Shown: in pieces, positions 1-8,912 of the stretch | How the letters are laid out: each line of letters begins with the position of its first letter | Numbering within the stretch: the stretch's first letter is position 1 | Virus record (IMG/VR): IMGVR_UViG_3300048694_001134 | Location: 11,656-75,655 of that record | From: a virus | Reading direction: 5' to 3' (one strand) | Length of the DNA stretch: 64,000 nucleotides | Made by a program: the position numbers and the translations under genes | The notes under the pieces: generated by a model | What the model was told of the DNA's origin: nothing | The model's input: only the letters and a program-made list of their open reading frames with translations | Databases searched by the model: none

Positions 1-2
1 GT

Positions 3-1403
3 AACTCTGCCATTGGCGGTCTCACGAGTGGCGGCGGATATTACATTGCGCAGGCGAATGGATCGACGTTTAGATTGTCTACGACGCAGGCTGGCACAAC
101 TACAATTAACCTCACCTCAGGAAACACTGAGACAGGTCATACGTTTAATAGTATATACAACACGTCAAATAATTCTGGTATCAATCTCAACGGCAACAAC
201 TCAGGCGCCGCGCTACAATATGGTGTGCCACAAGCTCTGAGTACAGGCGACACAGCATATGGAGGTTTTGGATTTCCAAAATACCCAAGCTCAAACTTAG
301 ATAGTATTCTATTTGATGTGCTACGTTTTGAATCAAAAACTATTGGCTCTATTGCATCGTTGATTGGTATTGACCCAGGCGCCGAATACAATATGGACCC
401 GTTTGTTGCAATTATTGAGCCACAGGTATCTGCGTACAATCATCATGATATTGTTTTGACAGTAGATTCCGCAACAGCAACGGGCCGCTTTATTGCAAAA
501 GAGCAAATACAGCAAGCACTTGATAGTGTCGGCCGTCAGATAACCGTTGTTTCGTTTAGCGGCGTGACGGCAAACGGTACTGTTACGGACACGCCTTTTA
601 TTGGTGAGCGTGTTTATCAGAAGTATCCAAACAATGCAATTCGTGCTGACGGTATCGTCAGTGAAGGTTTGTTATCGGGCGGCGCAGGTTCGTTTAAATT
701 AAAGACTTTCTCTGGTGTTTTTGTAAATACGTCAAATAACTCAACGAAACTATACTCACAAACCTCCAATGCTACGGCAAACGTTACTGCGGTGAGCAAT
801 GTAACAATAACTTCCAACGCGCGCGGTATTGTACAGGATACATCAAATACAACCGTGCTTCACATTAAAAGAATAACGCTCGAAAACACTTTTGTCGAGG
901 GAAAGACAATTGTTGGCCGCACGTCAGGTGCGACAGCAAACGTTACAGTAGTTGATGAAAATAGAACAACCGAGGTTATCGGTTTGAATGCAAACGTATC
1001 CGCAAACGTTCAGACTGCACTTGGTGTCGTGACGGATTTGAGCGTGCAGGATTCAGGTTTTGGTTACGTTGACCAAGAACTTGTCACGCTGACAAGCGAG
1101 GACAGCATTTATCAAGTGACAGCTGTTGCATTGTTGGAGAAGCAAGGCGTAGGATCTGGTTACTATGCTTCGACTGGTAGTTTTCTCGATGCAGATAAAA
1201 AGTTGCACGACAATGATTACTATCAAGAATACAGTTACGAAGTTGAAACAAAGGTGCCTTTTGATATGTACGTTGACGTGTTGAAAACAATAACACACGT
1301 CGCCGGTACAAAGATATTTGGTGCTGTAGAAAGCATATCACAAGCCACAATGCCGATGAGTGTCATTGTTGGTGATACGATAAATAAGATAGAAATAAGC
1401 TAA
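3..1403 (+). CDS. Baseplate wedge protein, gp7-like (5'-truncated by window edge)
   Basis: Frame is open from position 3. C-terminal FLDADKKLHDNDYYQEYSYEV...HVAGTKIFG resembles the end of gp7-like wedge proteins of aquatic T4-like phages; lies directly upstream of gp8. Confidence 0.65.
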   Translation, partial: NSAIGGLTSGGGYYIAQANGSTFRLSTTQAGTTTINLTSGNTETGHTFNSIYNTSNNSGINLNGNNSGAALQYGVPQALSTGDTAYGGFGFPKYPSSNLDSILFDVLRFESKTIGSIASLIGIDPGAEYNMDPFVAIIEPQVSAYNHHDIVLTVDSATATGRFIAKEQIQQALDSVGRQITVVSFSGVTANGTVTDTPFIGERVYQKYPNNAIRADGIVSEGLLSGGAGSFKLKTFSGVFVNTSNNSTKLYSQTSNATANVTAVSNVTITSNARGIVQDTSNTTVLHIKRITLENTFVEGKTIVGRTSGATANVTVVDENRTTEVIGLNANVSANVQTALGVVTDLSVQDSGFGYVDQELVTLTSEDSIYQVTAVALLEKQGVGSGYYASTGSFLDADKKLHDNDYYQEYSYEVETKVPFDMYVDVLKTITHVAGTKIFGAVESISQATMPMSVIVGDTINKIEIS

Positions 1404-1412
1404 TTTAAAAAT

Positions 1413-3170
1413 ATGACCCAGTTAATTACAAACTATTTCAGACTCCACAACGTAAAACAGTTCCGCGAGTCAATTAACGAAACAGCCAATAGCACGTACT
1501 ATGTGTTTGCGGGTCAGCACGTGCCTTTTACCGGTGACGTTGTTCCGTCTATCACTAACAGCGTTGATAGTACTTTGTACCATGCTTATGATGAAATGAT
1601 TTTTGGTAAGCGTGTAACCGTGAACGATGTTGCTGCTGTAGTGCCACGTCACAACTGGACATCGGGCGAAGTGTATACACCATATAGAAGTGATTTGTCA
1701 TTGGCGGATAAACCGTTTTACGTTTGTGTAAATGCAGCCTCAGAGTATCATATTTTTAAATGTCTTGATAATAACGGGGGAGCAAACTCGACAGCACAGC
1801 CTACCCGTTCTGAGACAAATCCCGACGATGAGTACTACAGTACCCAAGACGGATACGTGTGGAAGTATATGTACTCCGTAGACAGTACAACGTTTGCAAA
1901 GTTTGCAACACAAGATTTCATGCCTGTCGTGCCAAACGCAAACGTCGTAGGTAACGCGGTATCAGGTGCTATAGATGTGGTTACACTTAGCTACCGCGGA
2001 TCTAACTACAATACCTATCTGACGGGAACATTTACATCGCCTGATCTACGTGTTGGTGGTAACCCGCTGTACTATAACATAGCAAATACAGCTTCCGCTG
2101 CTGGTAACTTTTATAATGGAAGCTTTATGTATATTATATCCGGTACGGGCCAAGGTCAAGGTCGCCGTATTGTAAACTATACAGTTTTGGGTAATTCGAA
2201 GACAGTAGAGATTGAGTCTGCGTTCAATATCAATCCTGATACAACGTCGGTATATGAAATAACACCATATGTTATTGTAACAGGTGACGGAACAAACGCT
2301 GTTGCGCGCGCTCTTGTTAATACATCTGCAGCAAATAGCATCTCACAGATAGAGATTATTAGTCGCGGCCGTGGTTACACTTATGCCTCTGCTATTGTTA
2401 CTGGTAACACGGGTGGTGTGCAAAACGCAGCTGTGCTAAGTGTCGTGATGGGTCCAAAAGGCGGTCATGGATCTGATCCGGAATATGAGCTAGGAGCTTC
2501 ATCACTTCTTCTAAGTGTAAAGTTTGAAAATAGTGAAGGTGCAACAATACCTACGTACAATGGATACAGAACAATTGGTATTTTGAAAGACCCGTTATTT
2601 GCAAACGTCGAACTAACCTTTAACAGTCTGACAGGTGCCTTCAATATAGGAGAGACGGTCCAACAGGCAAACAGCTTGGCAACGGGCGTAGTCACTTCGT
2701 TTGATGGTCTGAATACGCTTGGGTTGACAAATGTGTATGGCACATTCATAAGTAGCGCAGTGGTAACAGGCGCTAACTCATCTGCCACGTGTAATGTTGT
2801 ATCTTACACAATAAACGGTCAGTCAAAATCGTTTACAACGTTTGATCAGCGTCGACGTTATGCCTACACAATGCTGTCTGGTAGCCAGTTTACACAAAAT
2901 GAGTATGTGTATCAGACAGATTCACAGCTAGCTAATGCAATTTTCCATGGCAGTACGTCAACAAATCTTTATTTGACGCACCTAAAAGGCACAATAAATA
3001 CAGGGAATAGTATTATCGGCGTGACGAGTGGGGCTTCGGCAAACGTAACAACCTCATACCCACCCGATGTTGTTGTTGGTTCAGGTGAAGTGATTTATTT
3101 GGAGAACACAGACGCAATAACGCGCTCAAATACCCAATCAGAAACAATCAAAATTATTTTGAGTTTTTAA
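1413..3170 (+). CDS. gp8: Baseplate wedge subunit gp8
   Basis: Motifs VVPRHNWTSG, FKCLDNNGGANSTAQP, DGYVWKYMY, PKGGHGSDP, SGEVIYLEN...ETIKIILSF typical of gp8. Confidence 0.85.
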   Translation: MTQLITNYFRLHNVKQFRESINETANSTYYVFAGQHVPFTGDVVPSITNSVDSTLYHAYDEMIFGKRVTVNDVAAVVPRHNWTSGEVYTPYRSDLSLADKPFYVCVNAASEYHIFKCLDNNGGANSTAQPTRSETNPDDEYYSTQDGYVWKYMYSVDSTTFAKFATQDFMPVVPNANVVGNAVSGAIDVVTLSYRGSNYNTYLTGTFTSPDLRVGGNPLYYNIANTASAAGNFYNGSFMYIISGTGQGQGRRIVNYTVLGNSKTVEIESAFNINPDTTSVYEITPYVIVTGDGTNAVARALVNTSAANSISQIEIISRGRGYTYASAIVTGNTGGVQNAAVLSVVMGPKGGHGSDPEYELGASSLLLSVKFENSEGATIPTYNGYRTIGILKDPLFANVELTFNSLTGAFNIGETVQQANSLATGVVTSFDGLNTLGLTNVYGTFISSAVVTGANSSATCNVVSYTINGQSKSFTTFDQRRRYAYTMLSGSQFTQNEYVYQTDSQLANAIFHGSTSTNLYLTHLKGTINTGNSIIGVTSGASANVTTSYPPDVVVGSGEVIYLENTDAITRSNTQSETIKIILSF

Positions 3171-3179
3171 GAGAAAAAG

Positions 3180-6100
3180 ATGCCATTAGAAAAATCTTAT
3201 AACATAAGTCCGTACTTTGACGATTTCAACCAGGCAAAAGACTTTTATAAAGTACTTTTTAAGCCTGGTGTTGCTGTTCAGACACGCGAACTTAACCAGC
3301 TTCAAACGCTGCTTCAAAGCCAGATCGAGCGGTTTGGGGACCACGTTTTTAAGTCTGGCACGATTGTCAGCGGTGTCAACTTTTCTTATATTCCTGTTTA
3401 TAACTATGTGAAGATTCTTGACGTACAGGGTGATGGCCAACCGTCTGTGCCTCAAGCATATGTCGACTATTTTATCAAGAGCGGTCTTAACCTAACAGCG
3501 CGTATTGTTAACTATGAAGATGGTCTTGAGTCGCGCACGCCCGACTTGAAGACGCTGTATCTACAATACATAAACAGCTCTGATCCCGACACTTCAAACG
3601 GTAATATCTCCTACACGCAGTTTGCACCTGGCGAAACGCTAACAATCTTTAGCAAAAATAACGAAATCTTTAAGTACAACGTTCAGAGTGGTGGTCTTGG
3701 GTTTGCAAATGCTGACTCCCTTGTCATCATGAGCGCTATTGGTATTTCTGGCAACTCAGGCGCTTTTAATGCTGGTGATACGATTACACAAGCCGGCGGT
3801 GCACGTGCGCAGATTCTCTACGTTAATACAACAATTGTTTCAAACACAGTCGTCTTGGGCGTTAAGCCGCTGCTTGATGATTTGACAAATACCGCTGTTA
3901 CATCTACAGCGTGGACATTACAGAAAGGCGTCAACGTTGTCGATGCAAACACCTCTGCAACAGCAAACGTCGTGGCAATATACGGATCTGGTGCGCAGGG
4001 TTATTTAACAACGGATGCGTTGGGTATTGTGCAATCGATTGCGGTTGCGGACGGTGGTAGTGATTATACAATCCTTCCTCACGTGACCATCAAAACAGCA
4101 AACGCAGTTGCATCCTACTCAAACCCCTCTTTAAATGTAGTACCACAAAACTATAAAACAACAATTACCGTTGGTAACAACTCAATCAATTCAGTTGGCA
4201 CGGGTTATGCTTTTGGTGTTTCAGAGGGTGTTATCTACCAAAAGGGACACTTCCTCCGCGTTGATCCACAAATCATAGTTGTGGATAAGTTTACAACATC
4301 ACCAAACAACGTATCTGTTGGTTTCAATACTGTTGAAACAGTAATAACGGCAAGCAGTGATGATACGTTATATGACAACGCCTCAAACACGACAAACTTT
4401 GCAGCACCAGGTGCTGATCGTTTGCAGTTGGTTCCTAAACTTATTAAGAAAACAATCGATGAGGCTTCAGCAAACGCAGAGTTCTTCGTTCTTGCTGAAT
4501 GGAAAGAAGGATTCCCTTATAAAGAAAATCGTTCGACGGTGTATTCAGGGCTAGCAGAAGAATTTGCTAGACGTACGCGTGAATCGGCTGGTGATTATGT
4601 CGGTGATATGTTCAGCGTTACAACGCGCGATAAGAATGTAGCAAACAATAACTATATCAACGTTTTAATTGATCCGGGGTTTGCTTACATTAGTGGATAC
4701 CGTGTATCAACATCATACAACAACTATCTCGATATCAAGCGCTCGCAGACGACCTCGAATTCAAGCAACCACAGTGTTACGGTCAACTATGGTAACTTCC
4801 TTTATGTGAAGGAACTAGCAGGCTTCTTTAAGTTCATAGCCGGCGACACGGTTGAGCTTTACAATACGGCAAAGGGATACGTCACTGCCGGTACAATGAC
4901 AACAAGCGGAAGCATTACTCCTCAAGGTACAAAGATTGGTACAGCTCGTATACGAAGCATTATGTACGACAGTGGTGTAATGGGTACGGCTTCTTGTGTG
5001 TATCGTTTGTATCTGTTTGATATCAACATCAGTGCTGGTTACACGTTCCGTAATGTGCGTTCTGTGTTCTATAACGGTACACCGGAAGATGGTATTTGTG
5101 ACGCCGTTCTTGTGCAAGATCCTACGACAAGTACAAGCATTGCGGTACTACAAGACACAGCAAAAGATCAAATGCTGTTCCCTGTGGGTATCACGGGCGT
5201 TACTTCTATTGACAACGTCACCTACACATATAGAACAGCATCTAATACGTCCCTGACATCGTCAGGTAATATGAGTATTGGTCCTCTTGGTGGTACTGCT
5301 GAACATCCATATACACACGGCGCAACGCTCTCTTCCGTAGAAGAGCGTGATCTGTTCCTTATTCCTCAGTCAAACAACCAAGCGGCAGCAAACCAAACAG
5401 GAACATTTACTGTCACGGCAGGTTCAGCGAACGTAACAGGTACAACCGCTGGATGGACAGCTAATTTTGAACCTGGCGATTTTATTCGTCTAGGTAACAC
5501 ATCAACAGCAAACGACACGGCATCTGCACGTGTTGTTGGCCAGGTCAATGCTATTATTAACAGCACGGCTGTTTCGCTTGTCACAGCACCATCCAACTCC
5601 GTCACGGGCAATGCTGTACTTTTCTTCCCCGCACTCTATCCAATCAATCTTGGTCGTACGGGAAGAACAGCAACAAATTCCTCCGATGGAAAAACGCTTA
5701 CCATTAACGTCAACGCGAGCCTGGCCAGTACAGTAAATGCTATTGCTATTCACAACGTACGACAAGCAAACGCAACGCCTGTGTCAAAAACAGTTAAGCG
5801 TAATTTGTATGTAAAGATTGATACAGCAACAAACGTTAACGGTGTTGAGGGCCCATGGTCGCTTGGTATACCTGGCGTGTTCCGTTTAAAAAATGTTTAC
5901 AAAGCATCGAACTCTTCTGTAACTACATCAAGCACGGATGTGACAAAATACTTCTCCGTTGATGTTGGTGAAGAAGAAAATGCATCTCGCAACGCTCAAT
6001 TAGTTCTTAATATTGGCGCACCGCTGACCATTACATCTGGCGACTTTCTGCTTGCCGAGGTTGATGCGTTTACAACGAACGGTAATGAGGGATTCTTTAC

Positions 6101-7970
6101 ATTTAACTCTTACACAGTTAATGCTACAGCAAACCTGACGCAACTATCTGCAAACTCATCTGCCATTAACCTCCTTGAGTTGCCAGAGGTGTGCACAACA
6201 AAGGGCGTGTACTTTGATACACGTGATGTGATTGATTTCCGTCCATTTGCTTCAAACACTGCTGCGCTTGCCAACACCGTTGGGTCAGCAACGGTGAATC
6301 CGGCAAACACGTTTGCTCTAAGTGGAGATAATCAGTTCTTCCCTGTTCCTGACTCTGTTGTCTCTTTCAATGTTCAATTTTATAACGGTAGAGTTGATAG
6401 AGTGGTTGCGCGGAAAGATGGTACGTTTGAGGTATTAGAGGGAGCGCCAGCTCCTACAAATCCCGTTGCCCCGCCGGAACAACGCGATTCAATGACGCTT
6501 TCTATTTTGAAGGTTCCTCCATACCCTTCAATTCCTTCTGCGTTGAATTCGTTTACAACAGAGTTTGCAGCCAAGCGAACATACAGTCCTAACGGTAGCG
6601 TAAACAAGCGCCTTAGCAATTTCCGCGTAACACAAGTACGTGCACGCGATTCGCGTACATCACAACCACGTCGTTACTCAATGAAGGACATTGGCGCTCT
6701 TGATCGTCGCTTACAAGCTGTTGAATATCAAACTTCCTTGAACCAAGTTGAAGCAGCCGTAAAAGAGTTGACAATTCCAAGCGCAATTGCTCCAACGACA
6801 AATAGATTCAAAAACGGTTTCTTTGTTGATACATTTGATAATTATACAAAGGTTGATACAACACACAAAGAATACGCTGCGACAATTGATCAAGGCCGCG
6901 GTTTCTTGAAACCGCCAACAAGACAAGTGAACTTTGAGTCGCAGTTTGATCGCTCTCATGCAAATACAGCGGCTGGTATTGTTAATGGTGACACGTTGAT
7001 GCTACCGTTCACATCAGTTGTTCTTGTTGATCAAAGCATTAAGAGTAGTGTTATCGGAACGACAGGCCAAAAGTTGCAGTTTGTCGGTGATGGTACAATT
7101 ACTCCTTCTGCCTTTTCCATCCTTGCACGTGGTGAGGTCACACTTGTTGCAGACCCTTCGCCAGCCTCATATGATGGTGGTGGGTACTCAGACAACGGCG
7201 GCGGTGGTATGTCAGGGGAAGGTACTGCTGCTGACGGATCAAGTAGTGACGGTGGTGGCGGTGGCGGCGGTGGCGGCTGTTTCACAGCAGACACCTTAGT
7301 AACGTTGTTTGATAGAACACAGAAACGCATTGCTGATATTGTCGTGGGTGATCTTGTTCTTGATGCGTTTAGCAATACACCAAACAAGGTTATTGGTATC
7401 AAGACAACAGAGTACAAAGCTGGTCGTCAGTTGTTCACAACAAATGATAAGTATGCACCATATATTACAGAGGAACATCCGTTCTTCGATAATGAAGGAA
7501 GTCTGTGCGCTATTTCTGACGTGTGTGAATATCAAGCACCATGGCTTGGTCCCGTCAAGATCGTTGAGGTTGCAAAAGTAGTTGACGTGGAAGCGCCTAT
7601 TACGGTTTATAACCTAATGCTCGAAAACGGGTTCACTCACTATGCAAATGGTCAAAAGGTTCACAACATCGTCGGTAACGGCAATATGTTTATCCTGAAT
7701 ATGCGCGGTTGGCTGTCTGAGGAAGACTACAAAGGATACATTACGCTCCTGGAGGATGCGGGTGAACTTGATGCATGGCCAGCCTCGGCTAAGGCACGTA
7801 TGTACAATATTACCGCAGCAATAAATACTTTTGTCTTGCGTAATGATAACATACTTGGAAGAGTTGTTGGTAAGAGCGTTGCCTGCGCGGTCAAACACAG
7901 AGAAAAGTTACTCCCTGTGTTTGGTCTGTGGTTCCGTTCCGGTGTTCGTAAAATGATATTTGGAAAGTGA
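3180..7970 (+). CDS. VrlC/DUF4815-like baseplate/tail structural protein, N-terminal part, with poly-Gly linker, Hint domain and ~100 aa tail
   Basis: N-terminus SPYFDDF...KVLFKPGVAVQTRELNQLQT, internal APGADRL, RRYSMKDIGALDRRL, NRFKNGFFVDTF are VrlC-like; ends GGGGGGGG-CFTADT...VHN plus tail. Confidence 0.8.
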   Translation: MPLEKSYNISPYFDDFNQAKDFYKVLFKPGVAVQTRELNQLQTLLQSQIERFGDHVFKSGTIVSGVNFSYIPVYNYVKILDVQGDGQPSVPQAYVDYFIKSGLNLTARIVNYEDGLESRTPDLKTLYLQYINSSDPDTSNGNISYTQFAPGETLTIFSKNNEIFKYNVQSGGLGFANADSLVIMSAIGISGNSGAFNAGDTITQAGGARAQILYVNTTIVSNTVVLGVKPLLDDLTNTAVTSTAWTLQKGVNVVDANTSATANVVAIYGSGAQGYLTTDALGIVQSIAVADGGSDYTILPHVTIKTANAVASYSNPSLNVVPQNYKTTITVGNNSINSVGTGYAFGVSEGVIYQKGHFLRVDPQIIVVDKFTTSPNNVSVGFNTVETVITASSDDTLYDNASNTTNFAAPGADRLQLVPKLIKKTIDEASANAEFFVLAEWKEGFPYKENRSTVYSGLAEEFARRTRESAGDYVGDMFSVTTRDKNVANNNYINVLIDPGFAYISGYRVSTSYNNYLDIKRSQTTSNSSNHSVTVNYGNFLYVKELAGFFKFIAGDTVELYNTAKGYVTAGTMTTSGSITPQGTKIGTARIRSIMYDSGVMGTASCVYRLYLFDINISAGYTFRNVRSVFYNGTPEDGICDAVLVQDPTTSTSIAVLQDTAKDQMLFPVGITGVTSIDNVTYTYRTASNTSLTSSGNMSIGPLGGTAEHPYTHGATLSSVEERDLFLIPQSNNQAAANQTGTFTVTAGSANVTGTTAGWTANFEPGDFIRLGNTSTANDTASARVVGQVNAIINSTAVSLVTAPSNSVTGNAVLFFPALYPINLGRTGRTATNSSDGKTLTINVNASLASTVNAIAIHNVRQANATPVSKTVKRNLYVKIDTATNVNGVEGPWSLGIPGVFRLKNVYKASNSSVTTSSTDVTKYFSVDVGEEENASRNAQLVLNIGAPLTITSGDFLLAEVDAFTTNGNEGFFTFNSYTVNATANLTQLSANSSAINLLELPEVCTTKGVYFDTRDVIDFRPFASNTAALANTVGSATVNPANTFALSGDNQFFPVPDSVVSFNVQFYNGRVDRVVARKDGTFEVLEGAPAPTNPVAPPEQRDSMTLSILKVPPYPSIPSALNSFTTEFAAKRTYSPNGSVNKRLSNFRVTQVRARDSRTSQPRRYSMKDIGALDRRLQAVEYQTSLNQVEAAVKELTIPSAIAPTTNRFKNGFFVDTFDNYTKVDTTHKEYAATIDQGRGFLKPPTRQVNFESQFDRSHANTAAGIVNGDTLMLPFTSVVLVDQSIKSSVIGTTGQKLQFVGDGTITPSAFSILARGEVTLVADPSPASYDGGGYSDNGGGGMSGEGTAADGSSSDGGGGGGGGGCFTADTLVTLFDRTQKRIADIVVGDLVLDAFSNTPNKVIGIKTTEYKAGRQLFTTNDKYAPYITEEHPFFDNEGSLCAISDVCEYQAPWLGPVKIVEVAKVVDVEAPITVYNLMLENGFTHYANGQKVHNIVGNGNMFILNMRGWLSEEDYKGYITLLEDAGELDAWPASAKARMYNITAAINTFVLRNDNILGRVVGKSVACAVKHREKLLPVFGLWFRSGVRKMIFGK
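7278..7667 (+). other. Hint (Hedgehog/intein-like) autoprocessing domain, 130 aa
   Basis: Block A CFTADTLVTL, IADIVVGDLV, block B ITEEHPF, block F/G VYNLMLENGFTHYANGQKVHN. Residue +1 is Ile; no endonuclease insert. Confidence 0.9.
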
Positions 7971-7971
7971 A

Positions 7972-8463
7972 ATGGTAATCAAATTTAGTTCGAACCATTT
8001 TTATTTACCAGTATCACCACTGATACGGCTATTCACATGGTCTCGCTACTCTCATTGTGAATTCGTGTTTTCCAATGGAGTATCGGTATTTCCAGCAATG
8101 GAAGTGGGGGTCGTCGTATCAACAAGAAAAAAATACCCAATAGAAACTTTTGTTGAGGTTGACATTACACCGGCGGAAGAACGTATACTTTATCACTGGG
8201 CAAAGATGCAACTTGGTGTACCGTATGATTATACGGCGTTAGCACCATTTAACGTTCTGATCCCACGGAAGAAAAAAAGTTGGAAAGATTCAACAGCGTG
8301 GATGTGTTCAGAATTTTGTGCTTTTGGTTTGGAAAAAATTGGTATACATCTTTTCGACGCCACCAAAAAGAAAATAACACCTGGTGAGCTGTTTAAGAAA
8401 ATAATCATGCACCCCAAGGCTCGTGTGATCGAAAACACTTCTTCATCATTAGTATCAGCTTAA
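7972..8463 (+). CDS. Permuted papain-like (YiiX/permuted NlpC-P60) cysteine amidase/acyltransferase
   Basis: His before Cys: YSHCE...QLGVPYD...WMCSEF. ATG one base after the upstream stop. Confidence 0.8.
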   Translation: MVIKFSSNHFYLPVSPLIRLFTWSRYSHCEFVFSNGVSVFPAMEVGVVVSTRKKYPIETFVEVDITPAEERILYHWAKMQLGVPYDYTALAPFNVLIPRKKKSWKDSTAWMCSEFCAFGLEKIGIHLFDATKKKITPGELFKKIIMHPKARVIENTSSSLVSA

Positions 8464-8474
8464 AGAGAAAACAA

Positions 8475-8897
8475 ATGCCACAAAGAACCAACCCTCGGGT
8501 ACAATTTATATCACGTGAACAGGTTTTTAGATTTGCTGTAAATGCTTTGCAGCCACTAACTATCCATAATTTTTATTTTGAACGCCAATTAGTTGATGCG
8601 TCAAAGCTAAAACCTGTTGGTGGCAAAATTGGTGATATTCTTAAAACGGATGAAAACGGATACGTTGAGTTTGATTACTATTATGATTCGGGTCTTGCTG
8701 GTGGAGAGACTCCTCTAGAACAAGCACAAGCAGCAGCAAACGCTTTGGCAGGCGTTAAGGAAGTCATTCTTACGACGCTTGGGACAGCAACGTTACCAGA
8801 CGATTACGAAACCTTAGCGTTATCATATTTTAGAAGTCATATTCGTGTCTCGGTATACATACCACCTGTAAGCGAATTTGAAGAAGTCGCTGGTTAA
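8475..8897 (+). CDS. VrlC-like protein, middle fragment
   Basis: FISREQVFRFAVNALQPLTIHNFYF...LKTDENG resembles the internal VrlC segment as I recall it. Confidence 0.5.
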   Translation: MPQRTNPRVQFISREQVFRFAVNALQPLTIHNFYFERQLVDASKLKPVGGKIGDILKTDENGYVEFDYYYDSGLAGGETPLEQAQAAANALAGVKEVILTTLGTATLPDDYETLALSYFRSHIRVSVYIPPVSEFEEVAG

Positions 8898-8912
8898 ATA
8901 ATAGGAAAACAA

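Noticed and set aside
7278-7667. Canonical splicing intein
   Set aside because: +1 residue is Ile, no endonuclease domain, and it follows a low-complexity linker rather than a conserved enzyme motif.
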